Positions 9,649 through 19,772 of a stretch of 64,000 nt of DNA are shown here, one piece after another. Under the pieces are notes generated by a model. The model was not told the DNA's origin. It was given only the letters and a program-made list of their open reading frames with translations, and did not search any database. This DNA is from a virus. Lineage: Duplodnaviria; Heunggongvirae; Uroviricota; Caudoviricetes. Position numbers and translations under genes: made by a program. The stretch lies in the IMG/VR virus record IMGVR_UViG_3300042401_001180, one strand, 5' to 3'. Position 1 is the first letter of the stretch, and the number at the start of each line of letters is the position of its first letter.

Positions 9649-10677
9649 TTATTTATTAAATCCCACTTTACCCGATCCTTTAATTGTTGGTGTTTTTTTC
9701 AAACCTTCAAGGTTATTGATTGTTTCTTCAAAAGTTCTACCCATAACAATAACCGAAATTACAACTTCTTTTAAGTGTGACAAAGACATTCCTTCAGTTT
9801 TTTTAATCCATTCTTCAATGTCAATGTTTTTTAAATCATCATCATTTAATTTATGTTGGATGTACGCTCTTCTGATATCTTCGTTTGGTAGTTCCACTTT
9901 ATACCTTCTATCAAAACGGGATGGTCTGTTTGTAATACGTTCCTGTAGTTTTTCAGGGTAATTGGTTGTTGCAATATAAACAACACCTTCAATTTGTTTA
10001 ACACCATCAAGGATGTTTAATAGTCTTGCCGTTTGGTATCTGTTTTCCCCCGCCAAAGAATCTATGTCCTCTAATAAAACTACTAATGGTCGGTTTGGTT
10101 CAACTTTTCTAAACGTTGCAATAAATGATGTGAATTTATCTACATCGTCTTCATCCTTAACGTTTATAACGATACCATCCTTTTCAATTAGTTGTTGTGA
10201 TATCAATTGTATAATACCTGATTTACCACACCCCGGCTCACCATACATTAAAATACCTCTTTTATGTATGTAGTTGTATTTTTTATAATTGTCAGCTCTA
10301 TTCCAAAAATTATCAATATCCTTTAAGATATCAGTAATTTCGTATGATGGTAAATGATATAACTCATCGGTTTTAAACGGTTGTTTCTTTAATGTGTGGG
10401 TTCCCATATTTGCATTCCAACCAATCTCATAAACACCAGCAGGTACTTTTGGTACTGTAGGATATGCTGGCGCGTACTCATCATTTTTTAGATTACTCCA
10501 ACAAGATGGAACGTCAACATCTTTTTTATCCTCATATTTTTCTGAATTTAATCTTTTACGAATAATTGGTTCATCCAAGCTTAAATCATCGTCCATAATT
10601 TCAATCGTTTCTTCAATATATTCTTCGCTCATATTGTTTTTTTTTAATATTTCTTTTAATTGTTTTTTCCAATCCAT
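9649..10677 (-). CDS. AAA+ ATPase
   Basis: Walker A GEPGCGKSG, Walker B VVLLEDID, sensor-1 TTN. Confidence 0.75.
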   Translation of the reverse strand: MDWKKQLKEILKKNNMSEEYIEETIEIMDDDLSLDEPIIRKRLNSEKYEDKKDVDVPSCWSNLKNDEYAPAYPTVPKVPAGVYEIGWNANMGTHTLKKQPFKTDELYHLPSYEITDILKDIDNFWNRADNYKKYNYIHKRGILMYGEPGCGKSGIIQLISQQLIEKDGIVINVKDEDDVDKFTSFIATFRKVEPNRPLVVLLEDIDSLAGENRYQTARLLNILDGVKQIEGVVYIATTNYPEKLQERITNRPSRFDRRYKVELPNEDIRRAYIQHKLNDDDLKNIDIEEWIKKTEGMSLSHLKEVVISVIVMGRTFEETINNLEGLKKTPTIKGSGKVGFNK

Positions 10678-10850
10678 TGTTCAATTCTTTTCCAATCCTC
10701 CTTTTTTACCGCAACTCTTATACCGTCAATCGTAAAAAAAACCTCATCAGTAAAAACCATAGGGCTTTCTATTTTTTTAGGGTTTATACTTATTGTGTTA
10801 TAATAAACTCCTTCATTTGCAAACCTGACTAAAACATCAATTTTTTTCAT
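10656..10850 (-). CDS. hypothetical protein (64 aa)
   Basis: ORF. Confidence 0.4.
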   Translation of the reverse strand: MKKIDVLVRFANEGVYYNTISINPKKIESPMVFTDEVFFTIDGIRVAVKKEDWKRIEQWIGKNN

Positions 10851-11049
10851 TTTTTTTATTATTAAACGACGACATTATTACACCATATTCTAAAATCAAT
10901 AAAATTATTCTACCCCATATACTAGTTATTAACCACCAATTAAGTGGGTTAAAATCAAAATATATTAAAGAAAATATAGCATACCACACAAAGTTTAACG
11001 TGAGGAATTCCGTTATCTTTAACCCTAAAGGTTTTTTTTCTTCAATCAT
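10837..11049 (-). CDS. small membrane protein (70 aa)
   Basis: Two hydrophobic segments. Confidence 0.4.
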   Translation of the reverse strand: MIEEKKPLGLKITEFLTLNFVWYAIFSLIYFDFNPLNWWLITSIWGRIILLILEYGVIMSSFNNKKNEKN

Positions 11050-11288
11050 CTTAAAACAAAATTATGGATAACAATTACTAACTCTTCAATTCTATCTGTT
11101 TTCATAATAACAGATCTATCTTCTTTTACTACAATATCCATCAAACCCAAATCCTCTTTTAATCTATCGGATTGTACTTTAATTTCTTTTTGAGCATCTT
11201 CATAACTTTTAAAGAACCCGAAGTATGAGTCACAATTTCCTGTTTTATCACATACTCCATAAATAATTTCTCTTGCTGGTTGTATCAT
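11046..11288 (-). CDS. hypothetical protein (80 aa)
   Basis: ORF. Confidence 0.4.
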   Translation of the reverse strand: MIQPAREIIYGVCDKTGNCDSYFGFFKSYEDAQKEIKVQSDRLKEDLGLMDIVVKEDRSVIMKTDRIEELVIVIHNFVLR

Positions 11289-11310
11289 AATTTTAATTTT
11301 TTATAAGTTT

Positions 11311-11348
11311 AATAAAAAAAGGTGACTCTATCAATGAGAGTCACCAAC
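11311..11348 (-). terminator. rho-independent terminator with the stop codon of the RNA ligase gene embedded in the stem
   Basis: GGTGACTCtatcaatGAGAGTCACC. On the minus strand it is followed by TTTTTTTA. Confidence 0.6.
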
Positions 11349-12464
11349 ATTATTTTTTTCACCGTATATTAAATAATCCGGATTTATCACTTTTGACACT
11401 TTTCTACGGTCACCAGTTATGGCTTTAACAACAACACCTTCGTGTGGTACTTTAGTTCCTTCTATATTGTTATTGAACACATATTTATCTTGTTCTTCTT
11501 TATTCCAATTACCCTTGTATAACAACTCAACTTGTGGTAATTGAAGACAATTAAAATGTACAGTTTCATTTATGTATGGTTGGTATACTCCATCAACTTC
11601 AACATCAAACCCCGCAAATTTAACATCAGTTAAACCGTACTCGTAGTTTTTTTGTATTCCTGCACCATATATCTCACCGTATATTACTACACCTTCACTC
11701 AAACCAAATGGTTCGTAAGTGTCTTTTACGTGAGCCCACAACTTACCTCTTATGTCATAAGTGTTTGCCACAGTTTTCCATACATCAGTATCGTAAAACC
11801 CTTGTGAGTCGGAACCCTTCTCTACGTTATGAGAACCATAAACATATTCAAATGCCGCCCATTGATTTCCAAAGAAGATTTTAACACGATCCCACAATGA
11901 TAGTTTTTTCTTTCTAACTATTCCGTAACGAGTATTTGTTCCGTGTAACTTACGAGTTATAACTACCTCATCTTCCTCATTGAACATATCAGGTACATTC
12001 TTTTGGTTAGGGAACTTGTAGTAAACTTTGAAGTTAGGGTTTTGGTGGTATTTTACTTTACGTCCACCAACACTTAACTGAACGGTTTTAACTGGTGGTT
12101 CGTATTTAGTTATACCAAGTATTCCCATCATGTCATCGCCTTCATTAACGTTTTTCTCCAATGATTTTGGTTCCAAGTATTTGAATGGTATTAACAAACA
12201 TTCAGAATAAACTCCACGAAGTTTTACGGTTCTAACCCTTTGTCCTTTACGAAGGTAGTTAGTTACTTCCATCAAGTCAGATAATCCTTGTGGTATCACA
12301 GCATCTGTAGTTGCAACAACAACCTTATCACCAACTTGGTATTCACCTTTTTTGGTTATGGCGTTCCATCCACCAACAGTAACTATTTCTATTTTATCTG
12401 CGTTTGGTATTTCAACCACTGAACCTATTTTTCCTACGTATGCTACGCTATTTTGATTTTCCAT
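11331..12464 (-). CDS. ATP-dependent RNA ligase (Rnl2/DraRnl-like) with N-terminal OB-like extension
   Basis: Nucleotidyltransferase motif I KLHGTN (KxHGxN as in T4 Rnl2). Confidence 0.6.
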   Translation of the reverse strand: MENQNSVAYVGKIGSVVEIPNADKIEIVTVGGWNAITKKGEYQVGDKVVVATTDAVIPQGLSDLMEVTNYLRKGQRVRTVKLRGVYSECLLIPFKYLEPKSLEKNVNEGDDMMGILGITKYEPPVKTVQLSVGGRKVKYHQNPNFKVYYKFPNQKNVPDMFNEEDEVVITRKLHGTNTRYGIVRKKKLSLWDRVKIFFGNQWAAFEYVYGSHNVEKGSDSQGFYDTDVWKTVANTYDIRGKLWAHVKDTYEPFGLSEGVVIYGEIYGAGIQKNYEYGLTDVKFAGFDVEVDGVYQPYINETVHFNCLQLPQVELLYKGNWNKEEQDKYVFNNNIEGTKVPHEGVVVKAITGDRRKVSKVINPDYLIYGEKNNVGDSH

Positions 12465-12466
12465 TT

Positions 12467-12727
12467 TTATATATTTTCAAATTCTTCTTTTACTAAATCC
12501 ATTTCTTCTTTCAATCTCTCAAGTTCTTTAGTTAACATCTCCCTAATTGATCCTGTGTTATAAATATTAACTTCACCTTTACTTCGGAATTCTCCACCTC
12601 TTGAGTATGCAATTGTTGCTCCCAAAGAACAAGATTTAAGTGCGTATTCTAATTTAGATTTTTGTGTTTCCAACCTATCAAGGGTTTCTTTAACTTTTTT
12701 TGCTTTTTCAAATTTTTCTAATTCCAT
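12467..12727 (-). CDS. hypothetical coiled-coil protein (86 aa)
   Basis: ORF. Confidence 0.45.
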   Translation of the reverse strand: MELEKFEKAKKVKETLDRLETQKSKLEYALKSCSLGATIAYSRGGEFRSKGEVNIYNTGSIREMLTKELERLKEEMDLVKEEFENI

Positions 12728-12885
12728 CAGTCATTCATTTTTAAACTGGGTGTTAATAATAAAGCCCAAAGACAATGTCCGCTTTAAGTAAAGTAAATCG
12801 CGGTTCCTATCAATCCAAAGAACCCTAAATAAATCAAACCAATACCTAAATATTTCATGACACAAAGATATAAATTATTTTTTAA

Positions 12886-13407
12886 TTATTCAACATCATC
12901 TTCAAGATAATTTATTTTCATAGATCTTGGTTCAGTGAAGTCCCACTTCTTACTTTCAAACTCCGTAACCCATTCACTAACATCTTCTCTTGTCCAATGT
13001 GGTGCAAAAGAAGGACGATACTTAAATGGTAAATTTTTACTTTCTTCCCATTCATCAAGTCGTTGTGTTACATCTTCAATAAGGTTTTTAGTCTTAGTAT
13101 GTTTAATCCACTCTCTGTAATCATCCTCAGATTTAATATACATAACGTCACCATAATTTTCAAACTCCATTTCGGGAAATTCTAAGTTTGGGTTGTTGGT
13201 ATAGACATCCACGATTCCATTGTCTCCGTAATACGAATCACACAGTTCCCTTAAACCATATAAACTACTTGGTCTTTCTTCCCAGACACTACCGAACTGA
13301 CGGACAGAACAGATATACAAATACCCATCTTCATAAGAATTTATTTTATATTGAATTTTATTTCGTAATGAAATAAGTTCGTCCATTGTTAGTTTAGTTA
13401 AGTCCAT
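12886..13407 (-). CDS. hypothetical protein (173 aa)
   Basis: ORF. Confidence 0.5.
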   Translation of the reverse strand: MDLTKLTMDELISLRNKIQYKINSYEDGYLYICSVRQFGSVWEERPSSLYGLRELCDSYYGDNGIVDVYTNNPNLEFPEMEFENYGDVMYIKSEDDYREWIKHTKTKNLIEDVTQRLDEWEESKNLPFKYRPSFAPHWTREDVSEWVTEFESKKWDFTEPRSMKINYLEDDVE

Positions 13408-13408
13408 A

Positions 13409-13816
13409 TTATATACCTAAATGTTTTTTTGCGTTTTCTAAAAATCCTTCAATATTTCTTTTTCCAACTGGGTTCGCACTATGAACCAAATATTCTGGTA
13501 ATGGTTGGTTTTCATCTGCACAATATTCCACAAGAAATTTTGCACAGTCAAGTCCTGTCTTTTCTTTTATGTTATCATAATCCAAAGTTCCTTTGGTTGC
13601 GACATTTCTAAAATATTCATCCATTGCGGTATCACCCAGGTCGTGATCAAATGATACAAATTTAGGAACACCATTAATTTCAATGTATTGTACAAATTCA
13701 TCGTAGTTTCTTACAACATCCCAATCATTCTCCCAATAAAACTTATTATGTTTATCCGGAATCAATCCAATTGCATCCTTTGGAATTCTGATGTCGTCTA
13801 AAAAGAGTTTACTCAT
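13409..13816 (-). CDS. hypothetical protein (135 aa)
   Basis: ORF. Confidence 0.5.
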   Translation of the reverse strand: MSKLFLDDIRIPKDAIGLIPDKHNKFYWENDWDVVRNYDEFVQYIEINGVPKFVSFDHDLGDTAMDEYFRNVATKGTLDYDNIKEKTGLDCAKFLVEYCADENQPLPEYLVHSANPVGKRNIEGFLENAKKHLGI

Positions 13817-13821
13817 AATTA

Positions 13822-14280
13822 TTATTTTTCATTTGTATATTTTCTTAATAGTTTGAATATCTCTGTAATATCTGTGAAATCAGATGGTGGACTATCATTT
13901 CTACCAGGAAGAAACATTACAGTAAACCCGTGATTTCCTGCAAACCTTTCGGTTACTCTTTTACCATTTATTTCATCAAGGTAGATCCAAGGAAAGTTTC
14001 CTGATAGTTTTACATCAATTCCTATTTTTTTAAGTCTTTCAACAAACACTGCGAGTTTATCTGTACTTATTTTTGTGCTGTTTCTTGTTTCCATTGTATA
14101 TGTTCCGAATTTTGATTCTATTTTGTATTTTGGTATTGATATGACATCGTTGTACCATTTAAAATTATCTAAGTCTTCATCCTTCATTGTAACCAAAAGA
14201 CTTTGGTATTCCATACCTGTTTCATAATAGTTACTTACGAACCATTGGATTCTTTCTTCATATGTTAGTTCTGTTTTCAT
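13822..14280 (-). CDS. hypothetical protein (152 aa)
   Basis: ORF. A -7 box (TATCTTTGTGG) directly precedes the ATG. Confidence 0.5.
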   Translation of the reverse strand: MKTELTYEERIQWFVSNYYETGMEYQSLLVTMKDEDLDNFKWYNDVISIPKYKIESKFGTYTMETRNSTKISTDKLAVFVERLKKIGIDVKLSGNFPWIYLDEINGKRVTERFAGNHGFTVMFLPGRNDSPPSDFTDITEIFKLLRKYTNEK

Positions 14281-14292
14281 ACCACAAAGATA

Positions 14293-14496
14293 TTAATATT
14301 GTTTAATTACGTCCCCTCTTAAATAGATGTTACTAAACGTCACACCATTTACAGATTCAACACCTAGATGAACTTGTCTACCCTCAATTTTGGTAATCAC
14401 ACCAGAATCTTCTACAGATCCTGTAATTCTATTAAACACCTTAACATAGTCACCTACTTTGATGTCTCTTCCGTTTTTATCCGTTGTTGTTTCCAT
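14293..14496 (-). CDS. hypothetical protein (67 aa)
   Basis: ORF. A -7 box TATCTTTGTGAT precedes the ATG. Confidence 0.45.
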   Translation of the reverse strand: METTTDKNGRDIKVGDYVKVFNRITGSVEDSGVITKIEGRQVHLGVESVNGVTFSNIYLRGDVIKQY

Positions 14497-14523
14497 ATCA
14501 CAAAGATATGTAATGTTTTTAAA

Positions 14524-14727
14524 TTATTTACCTCTTCCGTCACCATCAATGTAAATTAATTTAACTTTTTCACCATCTTTTCCGTGAATGGTTAAAGTTG
14601 GGTAAGATCCATCTTCATTTCGTTTATTAATTTTATCTGTTGGCCAAATTTCATAACCATATTCCCAACATAACGAATCCAACTTGTCGATGAACTCATC
14701 CATTTCTTTAGACATTTCTACTTCCAT
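14524..14727 (-). CDS. hypothetical protein (67 aa)
   Basis: ORF. Confidence 0.45.
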   Translation of the reverse strand: MEVEMSKEMDEFIDKLDSLCWEYGYEIWPTDKINKRNEDGSYPTLTIHGKDGEKVKLIYIDGDGRGK

Positions 14728-14884
14728 AACATTCTAATTTTTTATCTTTAACATTCCACAAATCTTTTTTACCTTCCGTCATATGACAATTATGTTTCTT
14801 TCCGGTTCTATCGGCAAAATCAACAATCATATCGTTGTGACGATTACGAATAAAGTGAGGACATTCTTTACAGGGTTTTTTCAT
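14712..14884 (-). CDS. small Cys/His-rich protein (57 aa), not in ORF track
   Basis: Manual translation MKKPCKECPHFIRNRHNDMIVDFADRTGKKHNCHMTEGKKDLWNVKDKKLECYGSRNV. ATGA overlap with the upstream gene. Confidence 0.3.
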
Positions 14885-15125
14885 CAATCAACTAATATAA
14901 AATTTTCAGAGGTTAACAACTTCAAAACTTTTTTTTCGGATGTTGTATTTATTGCGAATCTTGTTGCGGTTTCGTTATTTCCTGGTTTTGAAAATATAAT
15001 TTGGAATTTTCTTTTGTTGCCGATGTAGTATGAACCTACGGTGCAATATTCTCCATCGGTATTAACAAATACTCCGTAAGATTTACATTTAAGTGCTTGA
15101 CTCAATGTTTTATATTCTGTGTTTA
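14884..15125 (-). CDS. hypothetical protein (start revised to METINTEY)
   Basis: The track ORF 14884..15237 has a terminator hairpin and a -7 box inside its N-terminus. The internal Met at 15125 directly follows the TACTTTTG box. Confidence 0.45.
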
Positions 15126-15162
15126 TTGTTTCCATACCACAAAAGTAAGAAATGTTTTTTAA

Positions 15163-15200
15163 TAAAACAAAAAATCCCTCCGTAAAGAAGGGATTTAATT
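15163..15200 (-). terminator. rho-independent terminator (minus strand)
   Basis: Minus strand AAATCCCTTCtttacGGAGGGATTT followed by TTTTGTTTT. Confidence 0.5.
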
Positions 15201-15242
15201 TATTTTTAAAAAATATCTCTTCTCTTATATTTTTCATTTTTT

Positions 15243-15539
15243 TTAATTTTTTAAAATTTCAACTAAATTACCGTCAGTAAACTTTGCGGTAAATTCAAAC
15301 CATTCTTTATCGATAAAAGTATAAAAATTAAGATACCCGTGATATTGTAATTTGGTTTTTTCATTAGATGTATATCTAAAATTTACCATTAATTCACCCT
15401 CATTTGTTATATAAACATCAGAAAGAGTGGAATCCAAACTTTTTGTTTGCCACCCTGGATTATCACCAACTTTTTCTTTTATTTCATCAGATATCGGTAA
15501 CATACCAGTATCAATGAATAAGTAATCAAACATTCCCAT
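15243..15539 (-). CDS. hypothetical protein (98 aa)
   Basis: ORF. Confidence 0.5.
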   Translation of the reverse strand: MGMFDYLFIDTGMLPISDEIKEKVGDNPGWQTKSLDSTLSDVYITNEGELMVNFRYTSNEKTKLQYHGYLNFYTFIDKEWFEFTAKFTDGNLVEILKN

Positions 15540-15554
15540 TTTATGATTTTTTTA

Positions 15555-16136
15555 TTAATCCCACCATCTTTCGATGTTGGATTCCATTAATTTGAACAAT
15601 AATCTTTGGCATCTTGCTTGGTTTTCGTGAGCAATCTCCATCGCTATTGTATGTTTATTATCCGAGTCGACTTCTTTACGTTTAAACATATTTAATTCAC
15701 CTGATAAAACCCTTTTATATTGTCTTGGGTATTTGGCAAAATATTCGTCGTAACGTTCAGACAATGTTCTATGTTTCCATTCTGAAAAACCCGGTTTATC
15801 ATCTATATCCTCAAACCAATTTTCACTTTCTTCATAGTCCATATATTCCATATGGTAAAAATCCTCTTGTTGCAAACGGATTAGTTTAACAACAAGTTTC
15901 ATACGTTCAGAGTCTCTTTTTGCTTCAGTATGGAAATCCCTATCTCCGATGTATTTTGCCTGAAATTCTATTTTCTTAGCCAATAATTCGTAAATATAAT
16001 GTTGATCCCAATCCCTATCTTTCCAAATAGTTGGTGCCCATCTCCATAGGTTTTTAACTCCTTTTGCGAAGTCTTTGTGGTAATATCTGGCTTCGAATCT
16101 CCACCATAAATAAATTTTATTAAACATATTTTTCAT
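15555..16136 (-). CDS. hypothetical protein (193 aa)
   Basis: ORF. Confidence 0.5.
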   Translation of the reverse strand: MKNMFNKIYLWWRFEARYYHKDFAKGVKNLWRWAPTIWKDRDWDQHYIYELLAKKIEFQAKYIGDRDFHTEAKRDSERMKLVVKLIRLQQEDFYHMEYMDYEESENWFEDIDDKPGFSEWKHRTLSERYDEYFAKYPRQYKRVLSGELNMFKRKEVDSDNKHTIAMEIAHENQARCQRLLFKLMESNIERWWD

Positions 16137-16242
16137 ATTAATTTTCTTTAAAAAACCACAGTGTCATTTTAACAAATAACACAATTAAAACTATTTTTAT
16201 TATTATATCCACAAAGATATGTATTTTTTTTTAAACTGACAA

Positions 16243-16608
16243 TTATTTTTTAATATAAATAGTATCAACAATTTCAAGACTAACAGGTACAATTCCTCTA
16301 CCAATAAAATTTAATTCTTGAGCAGCACCATACGATAAATCAATAATATGTTTAGATGTTTTTGGGAGTCTATCGTTAATTTTTACATACCTAACTGAGT
16401 CGTTAATAAGGTTGGTTATCTTAACTATGGTTCCGAATTTAAATGTTTTGTGTGCTGCAGTTAGACTATCTTTATGAAATCTTTCTCCTGATGCAGTTAG
16501 TCTACCTGTGTAGTTTTTACCGTAATACGTTGCGGTACCTTTGTCGATTTTAATGGGTGCAATAAATGATAAGGTTAATAACGATATAAATAATATAATT
16601 TTTCTCAT
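16243..16608 (-). CDS. secreted RlpA-like double-psi beta-barrel (DPBB) protein, putative lytic transglycosylase
   Basis: Signal peptide. GTATYYG...GRLTASGERF...LTAAHKT..FGT.VKI.N...V.VKINDRLP matches the RlpA/expansin DPBB signature. Confidence 0.7.
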   Translation of the reverse strand: MRKIILFISLLTLSFIAPIKIDKGTATYYGKNYTGRLTASGERFHKDSLTAAHKTFKFGTIVKITNLINDSVRYVKINDRLPKTSKHIIDLSYGAAQELNFIGRGIVPVSLEIVDTIYIKK

Positions 16609-16653
16609 AGCATTAAAATAAAAAATCCCTTACAAAAAGTAAAGGATCTTATA

Positions 16654-17907
16654 TTAACGTCTAAATCTGAATTCGGTTTCTATTTTTCTTTTACCGTGTT
16701 TTTTCTCCATTATCTTTTGGTGTAAGTCCCAATCAATAATTGATTCATTTGTTTGTTCTTTTTCGTCAGGAATAAGTGAATAAATTTTACCGAGTCTTTT
16801 AATTAGTTTTGTTGAAACATAATTAAATCTTTCACACTCATCAACAAAGAACTGTTCTTCTTTATTTTGATATCTAGCAAGGTGACTTAAAAACTTGTGT
16901 CTAACTTTTTGAAGTCCTTCGTCGTCGCCATTATCTTTTACCATATGACCCATACCTAACATTCTCATAAATCCAGCAATTTTACTATTACTATCCTCTG
17001 TCATTCTATCAAAAATATCTCTTTTAGAGTTTATTAAATTGACGTAAACCAAATTCATAATTGTTTTTATTTTTTCCTCCTCATCCATATTTTCATACGG
17101 TACACCAGCATGTTCCAATAAAGCATCAATTCTATCCATTTGTTCGTATAGTTTTTCAATTAAATTTTCATAACTAAAATCTCTAATTTCTTTTAGTTCT
17201 TTAATAACTTTATCATTTTCAAAAAAGTCTTTAAATTGTTCCCTTGTAATATTATTTAATTTCATTCTTGTTGCCATTTCAGTTGGTCTAACAAGGTTCT
17301 CAACATATTGGATGAAATAACTATATCTCATAAATTCATTAATAACAGGAATTCCGAAGTTTAACCCTGAACTTGAGTATGCTTGGTAATCAGCGTCTTT
17401 ACCTATCAAGTCAGTTGTCTTTTTTTGTTTATCAAACTTATGTTTAATTTCGTGAGCAATTACAGATATCAAATCCACTCTATCTCGTCTAAAAAAGTCA
17501 TATACCTCTTTAGCGTTCCAATCATCACCACTTGACACAAAACTTAACTGTAACTCAATAGTGTTGTCCGATTCTTGAATCTTCATTAATATTTTTTTAT
17601 CAAAATTAAATTTGTTTGCAACTCCAGCAGACGCCATAACTAATGGTCCGTCGTAGTCATCCATCTCGTTAATTTCAACAAACAATTCTAAATCATTTAT
17701 TTTATAATCGGATATTGTTAAATCTAAATTATCTTCAGTAAATGTTTGTCTTGTGTCGTAATCATCCATACCTTTTAAAAGGTTTAAGATTATTTCGTAT
17801 AGTTCTTCTGCAGATTCAATAATCCCTTCTGGAACACCAACAGCCTCACTTAATAGATTTTTTACTATTAAACTCATTTGGTTTTCGGTTATAATAATTT
17901 TTGCCAT
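16654..17907 (-). CDS. hypothetical protein with HExxH motif (417 aa)
   Basis: IAHEIKHKFD is a possible zinc metallopeptidase motif. N-terminus MAKIIITENQMSLIVKNLL belongs to the shared N-terminal motif family. Confidence 0.5.
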   Translation of the reverse strand: MAKIIITENQMSLIVKNLLSEAVGVPEGIIESAEELYEIILNLLKGMDDYDTRQTFTEDNLDLTISDYKINDLELFVEINEMDDYDGPLVMASAGVANKFNFDKKILMKIQESDNTIELQLSFVSSGDDWNAKEVYDFFRRDRVDLISVIAHEIKHKFDKQKKTTDLIGKDADYQAYSSSGLNFGIPVINEFMRYSYFIQYVENLVRPTEMATRMKLNNITREQFKDFFENDKVIKELKEIRDFSYENLIEKLYEQMDRIDALLEHAGVPYENMDEEEKIKTIMNLVYVNLINSKRDIFDRMTEDSNSKIAGFMRMLGMGHMVKDNGDDEGLQKVRHKFLSHLARYQNKEEQFFVDECERFNYVSTKLIKRLGKIYSLIPDEKEQTNESIIDWDLHQKIMEKKHGKRKIETEFRFRR

Positions 17908-18100
17908 ACATATAAATATATCGTAATATTTTTTTAAAAAAGTAGTATTTTTTCTACTTATAAGATATTTATTAATATGAGAAAAAAATTAAATAAAGAA
18001 GATAAACGAGTTAAAATTTCAATCACATTATCTCCAAATATTAATAAAAAAATGGAAGATAGTCTAATAAACAAGTCAAAATTAATTGAAAAACTATTAA

Positions 18101-18697
18101 TTGATTACTATGGAAACAAAATATAAAGTTTATATAATAAAGTCATTGGTTAATGATAAAATATATATTGGGTATACAAAACATTCATTAAAACATAGAT
18201 TATCTACGCATTTTAGAAATGCCAAAAAAAATTCAATGGTTAATAACAAATTTGCAAGAGCCATACTGAAATATGGTTTGGATAATTTTACTATTAACTT
18301 ACTTTATGAGTGTTCAGACAAAAATGATGCGTTAATAAAAGAAGTTTTTTTTATTAATCAATACGATTCATATAAATTAGGTTATAACTCAACAGTAGGG
18401 GGTGAAGTCGGTTCACCTAATAAAAACCACGCAGACTTTTCGGGTGAAAAAAACCCATTTTACGGTAAAAAACACGATTTAGAGACAAGGAAAAAAATAG
18501 GACAAAGAGAATATAAAACAGGTAAAGATCATATGTGGCATGGAGTTAAACATAAATCTTCATTCAAAGAGGGTGAGGAACACCCTCTCGCAATACAAAT
18601 AACGATTGGTGGTGTGAAGTATGGTTCAATATTACAAGCATGTAAAATACTAAACCTTAGTCGTTGTAAGGTAATTAAATTATCCGATAACCCCTAA
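18101..18697 (+). CDS. GIY-YIG homing endonuclease
   Basis: YKVYIIKS...IYIGYT GIY-YIG core with NUMOD-like NPFYGKKH. Lone plus-strand gene inside a minus-strand array. Confidence 0.7.
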   Translation: MITMETKYKVYIIKSLVNDKIYIGYTKHSLKHRLSTHFRNAKKNSMVNNKFARAILKYGLDNFTINLLYECSDKNDALIKEVFFINQYDSYKLGYNSTVGGEVGSPNKNHADFSGEKNPFYGKKHDLETRKKIGQREYKTGKDHMWHGVKHKSSFKEGEEHPLAIQITIGGVKYGSILQACKILNLSRCKVIKLSDNP

Positions 18698-19333
18698 CAT
18701 CCCATCTAAATGGTGATCATCATCTATATCTGAACGCAAATCTCGTTTATCCATTATTTTAATAATATCGGAAATACTGTATGGATCCATTCCGTTACCG
18801 TCAACACCCACATCCATTTTTTTACCATTACCGAATTTATTTTTATATCCTGAATGTATGTGCCCGTAAAGATGGATTACTCCTTTATTCATTCCATGCC
18901 AACTTTGAAGGGGGTAATGACAAAGTACGAAGTTTCTACCATTTATGTTAGCCTCCAAATAGTGTTGTACACTTAAAAATCGTCCTTGTACGTGGTCTCG
19001 GTTGTTCTCTATATGATGATCGTGATTCCCAAGTATCAAGTGAATGTTGTGACATACCAAACGCTCAAGGAAGATTCCAATGTTATCAAACCCACCAAAT
19101 GAAACATCACCCAACATTATTAGTGTATCGTCTTGCCCAACAACATTATTAATACCATCAATAAGTCGTTGATTCATTTCTTCTATAGTTTGAAAGTCAC
19201 GAGTAGAATCTACTGGTACCTCACCATCTTTTGTTCTCCAATTTGTCACACCGCGACAAATGTTTTTATGACCAAAATGTGTATCTGAGGTAATCCAAAC
19301 TTTTCCTGTTGTCAATAATTTTTTAAAACTCAT
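18680..19333 (-). CDS. calcineurin-like metallophosphoesterase
   Basis: DTHFGH, GDVSFGG, GNHDHH, GHIH motifs. Confidence 0.7.
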   Translation of the reverse strand: MSFKKLLTTGKVWITSDTHFGHKNICRGVTNWRTKDGEVPVDSTRDFQTIEEMNQRLIDGINNVVGQDDTLIMLGDVSFGGFDNIGIFLERLVCHNIHLILGNHDHHIENNRDHVQGRFLSVQHYLEANINGRNFVLCHYPLQSWHGMNKGVIHLYGHIHSGYKNKFGNGKKMDVGVDGNGMDPYSISDIIKIMDKRDLRSDIDDDHHLDGMLGVIG

Positions 19334-19749
19334 AATTTTATGTTAAAACGATTACGCATTTGTTCTAATTTTTCTTCAGGTACATTATGGACGTTTGTCC
19401 CTCCGTGCCGATTTTCCACCACAATTGTGAACACAGCATACCCATACTCTTTTGCTAATTTAAAGTATGGTTCCATCTCCCATTCTTGTGTGAAGGTATT
19501 AGCAACCGCAATTTCTCTATAAAACTGATCATTCACTAATGAATCCTTCATATAAGTTTCCACTGTATCTTGACAAAATTTATGAGCGTCTTTGATTTTA
19601 GAAGCATCAAATTTATATTCACCCGTTTCTTTATCGATAAAATATTTATCCGCCTCACAAACTAAAAAGTCGTGCCCAACAATTTTTTTTGCGAATGTTG
19701 ATTTTCCTGATCCGCTAACGCCTCTGATTATAAAAAGTATTTTTTCCAT
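19330..19749 (-). CDS. P-loop nucleotide/polynucleotide kinase-like protein
   Basis: Walker A GVSGSGKST, AAA_33/PNK-like size. ATGA overlap with the phosphoesterase gene. Confidence 0.55.
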   Translation of the reverse strand: MEKILFIIRGVSGSGKSTFAKKIVGHDFLVCEADKYFIDKETGEYKFDASKIKDAHKFCQDTVETYMKDSLVNDQFYREIAVANTFTQEWEMEPYFKLAKEYGYAVFTIVVENRHGGTNVHNVPEEKLEQMRNRFNIKL

Positions 19750-19772
19750 ATTACAAATATACTAATTTATTT

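Noticed and set aside
14884-15237. Track ORF start at 15237 for the 14884 gene, and start at 58284 for the LysM protein gene.
   Set aside because: In both cases a rho-independent terminator hairpin (and for 14884 also a -7 box) lies inside the proposed N-terminus. Internal Met codons immediately downstream of these signals were preferred.
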